Under the pieces are notes generated by a model. The model worked only from the letters and a program-made list of their open reading frames with translations. It did not search any database and had not been told where the DNA came from. Of a stretch of 64,000 bases of DNA, positions 46,751-56,229 are shown piece after piece. The position numbers and the translations under genes were made by a program. The DNA is from a virus (lineage: Duplodnaviria > Caudoviricetes), in the IMG/VR virus record IMGVR_UViG_3300014059_000011, positions 3,004 to 67,003 of that record. One strand, written 5' to 3'. Position 1 is the first letter of the stretch. Every line of letters starts with the position of its first letter.

Positions 46751-47438
46751 TCACTACTGTTGTTTATTGTACCAACTCCAATGTTAAAAGGCGATCCACT
46801 CTGCCCGCCTTCTAGTGTGAAGTGCCTATTTCCTGATCCGTCAAAACCAGACTTAGGCTTCTCTTCCTCTTCCTCATCTTCAAATGTAGCACCCATAGCA
46901 GATGCAACAGTCTTAATGAGTCTATTTTGTCTCTCTATAGATGCTTCGAATAGCTCCATAAGCTCATCAAGAGACAGTGATTCCTCAAGGTCATGAAAAT
47001 TCTTCCATGCCCCACATTCAGCGAAGACTTCGCGTTCATACTCAACCAGCGGAATATCATCAAATGCAATACCGCCATCGCTGCCTTCGCTTACTCGTTT
47101 GGGTCAGTACCCATAGCTGCTGAAACCATCTGGTTGAAGTTACGGATATCTACCAAATCCTCAACATCATCACGGTTCTCTGCAACATCTGGATCAACGA
47201 AGCTTAGAATAAGCTGTGCTGCGTCAACCATCAGATCGATGTTCTCTTCGTTCATCTGATCAGCGATTGAAACTACGCCATCCTCATCCTCAGACTTGCT
47301 GGCCTCATCCATTGCCTTCATGATGGCCATAAACTTTCTCAGCCCACGGAGAGATACCGGATAGATAACTCTCTCAACCCCATCACCGAATACAATCGGT
47401 ACGCCTCGTCTTGCCTCGTTCTTCTTGTTTCCTGCCAT
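46747..47438 (-). CDS. Tail assembly chaperone, -1 frameshifted long form
   Basis: The -1 frame from CCCAAAC stays open to the stop at 46747 and contains ORF 46747..46959. Confidence 0.8.
47091..47438 (-). CDS. Tail assembly chaperone, short form
   Basis: MAGNKKNE...GTDPNE*; lies between the major tail and tape measure genes. Confidence 0.85.
   Translation of the reverse strand: MAGNKKNEARRGVPIVFGDGVERVIYPVSLRGLRKFMAIMKAMDEASKSEDEDGVVSIADQMNEENIDLMVDAAQLILSFVDPDVAENRDDVEDLVDIRNFNQMVSAAMGTDPNE
47097..47103 (-). promoter_or_regulatory. Programmed -1 frameshift slippery site C CCA AAC
   Basis: X XXY YYZ heptamer in frame, one codon before the stop. Confidence 0.8.
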
Positions 47439-47481
47439 AATCATTCTCACCTTTCGTAGCATGATGCTACATATTGTCATA

Positions 47482-47514
47482 GATGTGGGGGAGGACCCTA
47501 TCCTCCCCCACATC
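47482..47514 (-). terminator. 14-bp hairpin after the major tail gene
   Basis: GATGTGGGGGAGGA-5 nt-TCCTCCCCCACATC. Confidence 0.65.
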
Positions 47515-47538
47515 AGCTTTACTACATTGAATACGCTA

Positions 47539-48063
47539 TTAAGCGATTTCGTCAACGATTGTTCCATACTCCTGTCCAGACTGTGTGGGGTCTGGCAGAA
47601 TTCTGAAGTCAACCGGGAAAGCAACGTTCTCAGCACGCTTTAGCATGTGAGAGCTTGATGAATACTGTACTGCACGTCCATTTGTGTATGTACGTGTGTA
47701 CGTAGTTGTAGCTGTTGAGCCAGGAGCATTACCTACAAGCACTAGTGTGTGCTCTTCCGGATAAACGCTGTGAAGCGAAATCGGAAGGGTCTTGCTTGTG
47801 CTTGGTACGGTAACAATGTCTGCATCGTCATAACCCCATACAAGCGCAAGGTTCTCAAGCGTTGCCTCAGCAAGCTTAGTCTTCATTGACACCTTCTGCT
47901 TCGACTGCACAATTCTAGCAGCGTCACCAAACTGATCAATCTCAATATCTACCATATCAGGCTCCCATGCGATTTCCGCACCGTCCTGAGTAGCACCTAC
48001 GTCTGACCCGTCTACTGACAAGTTTCCTTCTCCAACTACAATGTTCAAAAATGTGATAGCCAT
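47539..48063 (-). CDS. Major tail (tube) protein
   Basis: GATQDG, DQ, LAEATLENL; canonical position. Confidence 0.88.
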   Translation of the reverse strand: MAITFLNIVVGEGNLSVDGSDVGATQDGAEIAWEPDMVDIEIDQFGDAARIVQSKQKVSMKTKLAEATLENLALVWGYDDADIVTVPSTSKTLPISLHSVYPEEHTLVLVGNAPGSTATTTYTRTYTNGRAVQYSSSSHMLKRAENVAFPVDFRILPDPTQSGQEYGTIVDEIA

Positions 48064-48074
48064 CTTACACCCCC

Positions 48075-48263
48075 TTATTCTAAGATAAAGATTTTCTTAC
48101 CACGCTTGTCTTTCCAAGAAGCTAACCTCTTGGCATGAGCAAGCTCTACTTCGTCTTTGCGATTTCCAATGCCGACTGATTTTCGCCATTCAAAATCATA
48201 AATTCTTCCCTTCATTCTCACGATCTTACCGTGTCCAGGTCCAACATATGTTATCGCTTGCAC
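48075..48263 (-). CDS. Hypothetical protein
   Basis: GTG start, 62 aa, in the structural operon. Confidence 0.6.
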   Translation of the reverse strand: MQAITYVGPGHGKIVRMKGRIYDFEWRKSVGIGNRKDEVELAHAKRLASWKDKRGKKIFILE

Positions 48264-48313
48264 GTTAGTACCACCTTACCATTGAATTTCTTAAAAACCA
48301 CTTAAACGACATA

Positions 48314-48751
48314 TTATGCATCATCCCTAACGTATGCGATTTCAAATTCGTTCGCCGTGTTGGCGAACCCCTCCCTCTCGGCAGGTCCAAACGAGATTGA
48401 ATGTCTGAGCACAGACCATAGAATTCTGAATTCACAGTCACCCGGCAGGGCTGCCTTAAGAGTCTCAAGTCCCTCATCAGACGTTACATTGAGAGCATCA
48501 CGAATAGCTCTCGAAATGGCCCACATTCTATCTATGTTTGTATCATAGACATAGTATCTGAACCCGTCCTTAGCTTGGAAATACTTCTCATTTGACACAA
48601 CTCTAGGAACGATAGAGTACAGAACAAATGGTGCCGTAGTGTTTTCATAACCTGTAATTGGTAGAAAATCAGGAACAGTACCATCATTCAATGTGTCCCA
48701 ATCGATCATGTTTTTTAGTGCTGTGTTTACGCCATAAACTAATTCACTCAT
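48314..48751 (-). CDS. Tail terminator-like protein
   Basis: Position; PFVLY motif. Confidence 0.6.
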   Translation of the reverse strand: MSELVYGVNTALKNMIDWDTLNDGTVPDFLPITGYENTTAPFVLYSIVPRVVSNEKYFQAKDGFRYYVYDTNIDRMWAISRAIRDALNVTSDEGLETLKAALPGDCEFRILWSVLRHSISFGPAEREGFANTANEFEIAYVRDDA

Positions 48752-49155
48752 ATGAACACCGACATTTCAGAGATTGCAACGGCTTCAGCAACGATGCCAT
48801 CAAGCTCTTCCTTAATTGATTTTGTTCCTGGGTGATTCACAGACTGAGCAAACACATCTCCCGTGATGGGCATACTGTCGCCTGTGATCATATGTGGCTC
48901 AGTACCTTCGTATAGGTAAGTACCAACTTCATCTACCGGCTTGATTTGAATCATGACACTTTCTGGATTTGGCATAATGATAACTTCGAAATGTGGAGCG
49001 TACTGTGGGAAATCTGTGTTGAGCCTATGAACCACATATTGTCTGGCAGCAAGTGCTACTGCCTCGATCCACAACTCATAAGAGGCATCAATTAGCATCA
49101 ACTCATCCTGCATTCTTGATAGCTGCCTACGTCCTGTTACTTTTCCGCTAATCAT
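48748..49155 (-). CDS. Tail completion/neck protein (HK97 gp10-like)
   Basis: YEGTEPH.I...SVNHPGT motif. Confidence 0.65.
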   Translation of the reverse strand: MISGKVTGRRQLSRMQDELMLIDASYELWIEAVALAARQYVVHRLNTDFPQYAPHFEVIIMPNPESVMIQIKPVDEVGTYLYEGTEPHMITGDSMPITGDVFAQSVNHPGTKSIKEELDGIVAEAVAISEMSVFI

Positions 49156-49517
49156 TCGATCACCAACTCGGCCTTCACAAGATAGTGATGAAGCTTTCCA
49201 CCATAGCCGGGAAATGAAAGAATTGTGACTATCTCAAATGGCCCAGGGAAAATAACATTGTTCTTTCTATCTACAACGTTTTGCAGTCTGTACCCATAGT
49301 CAATTGTGGCGGAAGCGGGTAGGAAGAAGATAACCTTTTCAGTTTCTTCTGCTGTAGGATTCACACGAATATAGGTACGATCAGGAGCGTACTGGCATGG
49401 AGTTCTCTCCTGAGAGAGTGTCCAAGATGCCAACTTCTGCCCCGACGCTTGTGTTGTCGTTGTCTTCTCGTAGAGGTCAACCTTATGAGGATACCTCAAC
49501 ATGCTTCTTTTAGCCAT
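49152..49517 (-). CDS. Head-tail stopper-like protein
   Basis: Position; beta-rich, 121 aa. Confidence 0.6.
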   Translation of the reverse strand: MAKRSMLRYPHKVDLYEKTTTTQASGQKLASWTLSQERTPCQYAPDRTYIRVNPTAEETEKVIFFLPASATIDYGYRLQNVVDRKNNVIFPGPFEIVTILSFPGYGGKLHHYLVKAELVIE

Positions 49518-50386
49518 TAGATATATTCTGGATTGAACAAAACATAGTCCATCAGCAGAACATCAACCTCCATGTTTCCAGTTGAATAGAAAATACTTGG
49601 ATCGAAATCAAATCTCTGTGTGTCCATCCACACCCTCGTAATACCGTACTTGTAGTTCTCTCTGTCATCAGAAATCAAATCTTCAATAAGGGTTTCGCAG
49701 GCTAGTGATACATTCGTTGGAACATATGGCCATCCCCAATCGCCCACCACGACAATAACAGAATCCTCTGTAAACTTTGTTCTGTAGAATCCTGACTGAA
49801 TGTCACCAGAAACAGAGTAGCGCAGGTACCAGTCGGTATCAGGAACGTTCTCTATGTTATCTGTTACATCGTCAGTGTCAATTGTGCAAGACGTTAGCTC
49901 ATCAATTCGAACGGGAAGTGTCAGTGTGGTCTTTCCATTTCCATCCAGTGTGAGAGTCTTTGCTGAGAAGAATTGAAAGTCGTGCCCGCAGTATGTATCA
50001 ATGATCCCCCTCGCTTTCTTCTCCAAAGCAGGGAACGCGTCATAAAACTCATCTTCATACTCTGGATGATTATCAAAGAAGGTATCAATATCAATATACT
50101 GTTGCACGATCTTAACATAATCATTCTTAACGTAATCTACAGATGCCAACGTGTATGCCCATTTGATCCTGTGTGTTCCTGACGATGCACAATCTGTAGC
50201 TGAAAACGTGTATGTATAAATGCCTTCTGAAACTCTGGTGGCTCTCTGTGTGTCCACAACAACGTCCCCCCAATCATGAATGAGAGAAGCGTATACTTCA
50301 TATTCGCCAAGCGCTTGATCCGCATCTTCACCAAGATTCAAGGTGGCTACATATTCTTCGTTTCGAAAAGACTCTGTTAATGCCAT
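49517..50386 (-). CDS. Head-tail adaptor-like protein
   Basis: IIDTYCG...WGWPYVPTNVSLA motif; N-terminal Ig-like part. Confidence 0.7.
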   Translation of the reverse strand: MALTESFRNEEYVATLNLGEDADQALGEYEVYASLIHDWGDVVVDTQRATRVSEGIYTYTFSATDCASSGTHRIKWAYTLASVDYVKNDYVKIVQQYIDIDTFFDNHPEYEDEFYDAFPALEKKARGIIDTYCGHDFQFFSAKTLTLDGNGKTTLTLPVRIDELTSCTIDTDDVTDNIENVPDTDWYLRYSVSGDIQSGFYRTKFTEDSVIVVVGDWGWPYVPTNVSLACETLIEDLISDDRENYKYGITRVWMDTQRFDFDPSIFYSTGNMEVDVLLMDYVLFNPEYI

Positions 50387-50398
50387 GTTTTTATTATA

Positions 50399-50659
50399 CT
50401 AGCTTAGCTCATAATAAGCTAATACTTCCTCTCTTGTGGCAAGCTTGAACCTATCTTGCTTTAGAAGAATATCTGCCTCACTTTGCGTCACTAACTGAAA
50501 TGGATGCCTCTTGGTGAAGTGAACCTCTGAGGGGGTTGAGTATCCAAACCCTGTGCTCATCTTTAGGAGAATCTTTCCGTCTCCATCAACCGGCACCTGC
50601 TGTGCTTTTTCTGTTCCAGTCTTGATAGCTTCCGCTGCGTCTAATGTCTTTTTTGCCAT
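50399..50659 (-). CDS. Hypothetical protein
   Basis: FTKRHPFQLV; leaderless TATAAT-5 nt-ATG. Confidence 0.65.
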   Translation of the reverse strand: MAKKTLDAAEAIKTGTEKAQQVPVDGDGKILLKMSTGFGYSTPSEVHFTKRHPFQLVTQSEADILLKQDRFKLATREEVLAYYELS

Positions 50660-50665
50660 ACCTCA

Positions 50666-51283
50666 TTATACCTTATTTAATACGATGTTGTGCGATCCGC
50701 AATCTCCACACTCGTACTTTTGGCCGGGGCCGTGATTTGATTTTCTCAATTGGAGATTTGAAATATCATTGTTTTGACGATTTCCATCAATGTGATGAAC
50801 GGTTTCGTTTGGCTCAAGAATACGCCCAAGGGATTTTGCCATAACGTAACGATGCTTCATGCATGTTCCCCTTGCTCCATTCATTGAATAATACGGATCG
50901 CCATATGGAATTCTTACGTTGATATATCCATTTCTATCTAATATTTCTGGATTTCCCCTATAGTTAATATTATTTTCACCAGTACGAAAATCTTGATGAA
51001 CAATTCCATTATCTTCACAAACCTTTTTGATTGTATCTCTAGCGAGATGCAATTTTTTTCCTATCCTATCATAACCCCATTTAGACTCTGTTCGTAATTT
51101 GATGATTTCCATAATGAATTGTTCAGGCACTTCTGTTCGTGGACCTGTTTTATATCCTAACAATATTCCTTCACGATTCAAATGACCATAAACTGTTTGT
51201 GGTTTGATTTGCATTCTTTCTGCAATATCATCAACCGACAATCCCTGCTCATGAAGTGCCTTTGCCTGCTCTGATCTTTTCAT
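50666..51283 (-). CDS. HNH homing endonuclease with two HTH-like domains
   Basis: KHRYVMAKSLGR...VHHIDGNRQNNDISNL; AT-rich relative to its flanks. Confidence 0.9.
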   Translation of the reverse strand: MKRSEQAKALHEQGLSVDDIAERMQIKPQTVYGHLNREGILLGYKTGPRTEVPEQFIMEIIKLRTESKWGYDRIGKKLHLARDTIKKVCEDNGIVHQDFRTGENNINYRGNPEILDRNGYINVRIPYGDPYYSMNGARGTCMKHRYVMAKSLGRILEPNETVHHIDGNRQNNDISNLQLRKSNHGPGQKYECGDCGSHNIVLNKV

Positions 51284-51299
51284 ACGTACCTCCTAAAAT

Positions 51300-51337
51300 G
51301 AATGAACCCAAGGGGAAAACTCCCCTTGGGTTCATTC
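51300..51337 (-). terminator. 17-bp hairpin after the major capsid gene
   Basis: GAATGAACCCAAGGGGA-4 nt-TCCCCTTGGGTTCATTC, followed by ATTTT on the minus strand. Confidence 0.75.
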
Positions 51338-51398
51338 TACCAGTTTCTGTACTAAACATCAACGTGAGGTTAGAAATTCTTTCTCAAGAACCTATGTA

Positions 51399-52433
51399 CT
51401 AATATGATCTCACTTTGACATTTTTTACATGAACGTATGCATCAGCGTTTTCAATCTGGTTCGCTACTCTGATGTACTGTGTGTACTCAATAGTGTCCTT
51501 CTTAGGCTCAAACTCACGATAAATCGTGATATCACGCTGGATACCAATGATACGGTTGTTAGGGAAGGTTAGTTCCACAACACCGTGGTTACCAGTCGCA
51601 CCTGAGTAGTCTCCATCTTCAGTTTCCTCGTATAGAGGAATTTCCCAAAGCGGAATACCAAATGGACGCATTCCTGTTGAAGGAGCGCCACCACCTGTAG
51701 CCCCACCTAGACCGTTAAGGATTGCATCACCCTGAACTGAGCCAGGAGAAGCAGCACCCGTACCGTCAAGTCCACCACCATCAGTTGTTAGTGTAAGACT
51801 CCATAGGTAGTCCTGAACCAGCGAGCTTGATGTTGACCAAGCTAGCTGTGATCTACGCTGTAGATACTTGTTAGGCATGTTTCTCAATGCCTGATCAAAA
51901 GTGGCTCTCGTTAGATTGTCACCCGCCACGTCAACGACGTGAGCATCATCTCTCGCACGCTTACGGAAACCGTCAAGCGACTTGATAAGAGGGTCTGAAT
52001 CTGTTGTATCACCATGAATGTAAAGGTCTTCAAGGTCGTTCGCTGTCTGGCGAGCCATAAGCGAAGCAACGTGATCCTCAAGAGAATCACCTTCGATGTT
52101 GTCTTCTAGACCTTCTGTTGAAAGCTCCCAATCCAGACGAAGCTTCACTGTTGTAAGTGAAATCTTGCTGAATGTAGGATCGGCGTTCACACCGTCATCA
52201 ACACCTTCAGTAGCCTTTCTCATGATACGCTGACCGATGTCAGTCTTATCAATATCGATTGTAGGTGCGTTCATGCGTACAATTCTAGCAGTCTTCATTA
52301 GAACAGACTGGTCGAATACGTAATCAAGGAACTTATTTGCCTGGCGAGCGTTAAGAATACCACCGTTACCTGATCCGATAACTGATGTTTCTACCACTTT
52401 GTTTAGCATTTCATTTGTACTAGACATATTCAC
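51399..52433 (-). CDS. Major capsid protein (HK97 fold)
   Basis: GGILNARQANKF, PTFSKISLTTVKL, LEDN; follows the protease. Confidence 0.92.
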   Translation of the reverse strand: MNMSSTNEMLNKVVETSVIGSGNGGILNARQANKFLDYVFDQSVLMKTARIVRMNAPTIDIDKTDIGQRIMRKATEGVDDGVNADPTFSKISLTTVKLRLDWELSTEGLEDNIEGDSLEDHVASLMARQTANDLEDLYIHGDTTDSDPLIKSLDGFRKRARDDAHVVDVAGDNLTRATFDQALRNMPNKYLQRRSQLAWSTSSSLVQDYLWSLTLTTDGGGLDGTGAASPGSVQGDAILNGLGGATGGGAPSTGMRPFGIPLWEIPLYEETEDGDYSGATGNHGVVELTFPNNRIIGIQRDITIYREFEPKKDTIEYTQYIRVANQIENADAYVHVKNVKVRSY

Positions 52434-52437
52434 CCCC

Positions 52438-53763
52438 TTATGAGTTGTAACCTAGTGCCTTGACAAGAGGCTCGGGTACGAATCTTCCGCCCCAAAAGCT
52501 ATCGACTGTATTAGTCTTCTCTAGCTCTTCATTGTCATCATCTGTCACTGTATCTGCTGACTTAGACACGGCACCGCTATCTGCAAACTTCTCAACCTTT
52601 TCAGTTGTTTCCTCTACAGACTTTGATACTGCCTCAATCTTCTCATCAACAGACTTTGTAATTTCTTCCTTAAAGGAAGCTAGCGCATCATTAAGAACAC
52701 CCGAAAGTGCCTTTACGATGTCGTCATTGCTGTTTGTTTCATCGGCCACGTCATCCTCCTTGGCGCTCTTTTCAACGCTATCATCTTCAACCGTGGCATC
52801 AACCTCGGTATCGTCCTTTGCGTTCTTTACGATATCATCTTCAACAGTTGTTGAATCTGACTCGTCGGATTCAGCAGACTTTAGCAGTTCAGAATTAATG
52901 TTAACTGTAATGTTAGGAACCTGAGCGGCAGGCTGCTCAACTTCAGCGGCCTTACCAAACATGCTCTTCACAAACTTCTTAACAAGAGTTTCCTGTTGTG
53001 CTTCTGTTAGCTCATCCATATTACTTACTGTATCATCTTGTGTTTTTTCTTGCAACTTTAATACACCTCCGTTCTTTTTGAGTTCGTAGTCATCAATCAT
53101 TTTCTTGACAACATTTGCGTCAAACTCTTCCACGAAACCAATATCCACCATCTCTGCTTCACATCTTGAACAATTGGAAACATCGACAGTAGCAATTTGA
53201 TCTGTAGCGCAGTAAAACACTCTGCTAAGCTTGACCGGATCATCCTGTGCTTTATACACAAGCTCATCCTCGCCAGCCGCATCTTTTTCTCTCTTAAACA
53301 TAGTTACCAAGGCAGCAGGGTTAGCTGGGTTGTCAACAAGACTTAGCTCAGTCAACATATACTTCGATACCCTTCTAGCAACTACCTCCGATGATCTGTC
53401 GTATTCGACAGACTTCTCTAGCACCCCGCCACCAATTGAGAAACCTCTCAATGTACCATCAAGGACCTTCTGCCATGTGTTCTCTGCGCCCTTAGAGACG
53501 TAAACCGTCACCTCAAGCCCGTCATACACTTGCCCCTGCCATTCGACAGGGACCGGGGCACGAAAGTCTAGCATCTTACCTACCGCTTCAGGCTTATGCA
53601 TTTCTCTAATGTTACCAGGCCAGCTACGAAATGCTTCGATGGAACCATTCAGTTCCATAATGTCACCATCCGTATCTAGATTGTTAGCGGTTGCAATACC
53701 AGTAACAGTTCTTTTTGTTTTATCCACCTTCGTAAAGGGGAAGTTTAGTGTGAAGTCAGTCAC
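52438..53763 (-). CDS. Capsid maturation protease fused to a scaffold domain
   Basis: REMH, GFSIGG, ELSLVDNPAN; acidic coiled-coil C-terminal half. Confidence 0.9.
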   Translation of the reverse strand: MTDFTLNFPFTKVDKTKRTVTGIATANNLDTDGDIMELNGSIEAFRSWPGNIREMHKPEAVGKMLDFRAPVPVEWQGQVYDGLEVTVYVSKGAENTWQKVLDGTLRGFSIGGGVLEKSVEYDRSSEVVARRVSKYMLTELSLVDNPANPAALVTMFKREKDAAGEDELVYKAQDDPVKLSRVFYCATDQIATVDVSNCSRCEAEMVDIGFVEEFDANVVKKMIDDYELKKNGGVLKLQEKTQDDTVSNMDELTEAQQETLVKKFVKSMFGKAAEVEQPAAQVPNITVNINSELLKSAESDESDSTTVEDDIVKNAKDDTEVDATVEDDSVEKSAKEDDVADETNSNDDIVKALSGVLNDALASFKEEITKSVDEKIEAVSKSVEETTEKVEKFADSGAVSKSADTVTDDDNEELEKTNTVDSFWGGRFVPEPLVKALGYNS

Positions 53764-53810
53764 AGTTATACCTCTATAATCACAATATCATGAAATAGAT
53801 TCAAAAGCAA

Positions 53811-54029
53811 TCAACCCAAAAGAATGTAATTAACTGTACCAGACGTTACGCCAAAACTATTGTCTTGCGCTTCGATTGTCACCCAACCATCATCTGTATC
53901 AATATTGATTGAATTTCCACCAATGGTAATTACAGCATCTGCTGTAGCTCTCACCATAAGCTTTGAAAAAACCTGACCATCGATAGGGGTACTAGATGTA
54001 ACACCGTTACCCGTATGAGTTACCTTCAT
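53811..54029 (-). CDS. Small beta-rich hypothetical protein
   Basis: 72 aa between portal and protease. Confidence 0.6.
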   Translation of the reverse strand: MKVTHTGNGVTSSTPIDGQVFSKLMVRATADAVITIGGNSINIDTDDGWVTIEAQDNSFGVTSGTVNYILLG

Positions 54030-55738
54030 TTATTGCCTCCTTTGTTTTGATCTTGCAGAGCACCACGCTCTAGATTCGTTCCTGCATCTACCGCCCCACC
54101 CGATGGCTGATTAGTAGCGTCATTGCCAGCCTTGGTTGGGCTTCCGGAAATTCCATTATTGTTTCCTGGCGGTGCTCCTGGCGATCCACCCGTGGGCTTA
54201 GCACCAGGAACAAGGCCAGCATCTTCTTGCTTCTTGTCCATCTTTTTCTTGTCATCGATCTTCCAATCAAGCTCCTGCTGCTTAGTGTTAGCAGGATATG
54301 CTAGCAACTCTGAGCTACCAGCGATTGCAGGAAGTCCTAGCTGATCACGAACCTCATTAGGTGTCAGAACAGCATCCCTTAGGTAACGATCATTGATTCT
54401 TGACTTCAGATCGTCGTCAATGATATCCATCTGAGCAAGTTCAAACGCAACGAAATCCGTAAACTCTCTTACGATACGATTGATTCTTTTTTCGATGATC
54501 TTCTGATCTGGACCAATTACCTGTGTCTTGAAAGTTTTATCAGCATCTCTAGATACAGCAAGATTTGAATTATCAAAGATTCCAATCTTTGTCCCCGGCA
54601 CTCTGTGAGCTACAACGATTTCATCTCTGTTCGACTTGCGATATCTGTCGAACGATGCATCCTGAATGCCATCCTCTAGCTTCTCGAACTTAATATCGGC
54701 ATCATGACCAATAGACGAGGGCAGCGGAATAATGAGAGTTCCGTGATTGTTGCCCTTGACGTCATGCTTGAAATACTGCGTAAGGTTCTTCTTGGCAGCA
54801 TTTGAAAGCTTTGCACCCTTCAGAATAATTGCGTAACGAGGAATAGCTTTATTTTCGAAATAGTCAATGTTAAATTCTTTTGCGAACTTGTCACCAATAA
54901 TAGCTGACAGGGCAGACAGTGCCTCAGGAACGCCATACCAGTTGCTTGTTGGCGAATAAACCTTGAAGTGAATAATCTCATTTGGATTGGGATCACCATT
55001 GATAGGGTCGGCAGTTTTTTTATCTTGGAAGTTCCTGAAGAAGACTGCCTTCTTTGATCCGGTCTGCAACTGCACAAACCCATCACGCTGCTTGCGAACA
55101 CGAAGAAGCATAGATGGAACATGACCAACATAACTGATCTTTCCACTATTGTTCCTTCCGATTTCCATATAGCCGTTACCAGTTGTACGTACATCTAGCC
55201 AAATCTTTGTTAGTATTTCAACAAATGTTTCTTCAACGTTAAAATCTTCAAAGACCTTCTCCATCGTAGCAACTTCTTTCTGAAGAAAGGCTCTGGCTCT
55301 ATCCTCAGAGTCCCCGCCAGTAGCTGTTGCCTTTTCTAACTTTTGCTTGGCTTTTGCTGTGTGAACCCACTTGAATCCAAGACCAACAGTTGCAGCAGTT
55401 CTAGCATTGATTGCGGCATTATGTGTGGCATTCTCAACATAGAGAGAAGCCAAAAGCTCCATATTATATGGTGGCTCAATAACATCAAAAATACCATATC
55501 CATTTACGCTAAGAGGGTCGTTGTACTTAGACTCGGTTCCGTCCTTGCCCTCGTGCTTCTTGCGCAGCCTATAATACTTGTTCTTGATTCTTTGTGACTG
55601 GTGTGTTATCGATACCTGCTTAAAGATATCTGTTTCTTCCTTGACAAAAGTAGGATCATACTTATTGACATCTTCAATCTCAATCTCTTCTATGATCTGA
55701 TCACTATCGTCCACCATCTTAATTGATGTGCATCTCAT
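54026..55738 (-). CDS. Portal protein
   Basis: TGNGYMEI, EIIHF...WYGVPE, YFENKAIP, LTPNEVRDQLGL; true start probably MVDDSD. Confidence 0.92.
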   Translation of the reverse strand: MRCTSIKMVDDSDQIIEEIEIEDVNKYDPTFVKEETDIFKQVSITHQSQRIKNKYYRLRKKHEGKDGTESKYNDPLSVNGYGIFDVIEPPYNMELLASLYVENATHNAAINARTAATVGLGFKWVHTAKAKQKLEKATATGGDSEDRARAFLQKEVATMEKVFEDFNVEETFVEILTKIWLDVRTTGNGYMEIGRNNSGKISYVGHVPSMLLRVRKQRDGFVQLQTGSKKAVFFRNFQDKKTADPINGDPNPNEIIHFKVYSPTSNWYGVPEALSALSAIIGDKFAKEFNIDYFENKAIPRYAIILKGAKLSNAAKKNLTQYFKHDVKGNNHGTLIIPLPSSIGHDADIKFEKLEDGIQDASFDRYRKSNRDEIVVAHRVPGTKIGIFDNSNLAVSRDADKTFKTQVIGPDQKIIEKRINRIVREFTDFVAFELAQMDIIDDDLKSRINDRYLRDAVLTPNEVRDQLGLPAIAGSSELLAYPANTKQQELDWKIDDKKKMDKKQEDAGLVPGAKPTGGSPGAPPGNNNGISGSPTKAGNDATNQPSGGAVDAGTNLERGALQDQNKGGNK

Positions 55739-56064
55739 TTTCTAAGTAACACCTGCCTTGCTTCATCAATAGGATCAGGAACCCTACCGTTCAATAGGCG
55801 CTCAGTATGCTCGTCGTGCTCCCCTTCAGAAACCTGGCGTGAGCCTGGAATCCACTTGGCATGACCAAGCAGTGCCTCTTCTCCACCCCAATAAACAGCA
55901 GCCTTTTGCATCTTGATTTCTACAACGGGATCATTTAGATTTCCCTCCATAGAAAGAAAATTGCCTTCTTCATCACCAAAAACAGAGTTGTCTGGCATCA
56001 TCCAAACGCAAACTCCACGGCGGTTTTCATATACTGGTCGAATACTCTTTAATTTTACACCCAT
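55735..56064 (-). CDS. Hypothetical protein
   Basis: Coupled to the portal; leaderless TATCCT-6 nt-ATG. Confidence 0.7.
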   Translation of the reverse strand: MGVKLKSIRPVYENRRGVCVWMMPDNSVFGDEEGNFLSMEGNLNDPVVEIKMQKAAVYWGGEEALLGHAKWIPGSRQVSEGEHDEHTERLLNGRVPDPIDEARQVLLRK

Positions 56065-56134
56065 ATTGATAGGATAACAGTGATTTCGATAAAAAGCTAC
56101 ACGCCTTGCCCGCCGATTTGCTAGCCCGCCCTGC

Positions 56135-56149
56135 TAATTTGACATCTGA
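56135..56149. promoter_or_regulatory. Candidate palindromic operator, copy 2
   Basis: TAATTTGACATCTGA; upstream of the structural operon; ATTTG repeated at 21/12/11-nt spacing. Confidence 0.4.
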
Positions 56150-56174
56150 TTTGCCGAAATTTGAGTATGAACGC

Positions 56175-56212
56175 AAAAAGCCCCTGTGGAATTTAATCCA
56201 CAGGGGCTTTTT
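56175..56212. terminator. Intrinsic terminator after nrdJ (bidirectional form)
   Basis: AAAAAGCCCCTGTGGA...TCCACAGGGGCTTTTT. Confidence 0.85.
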
Positions 56213-56229
56213 GAATAGCTTTTCAGTTT

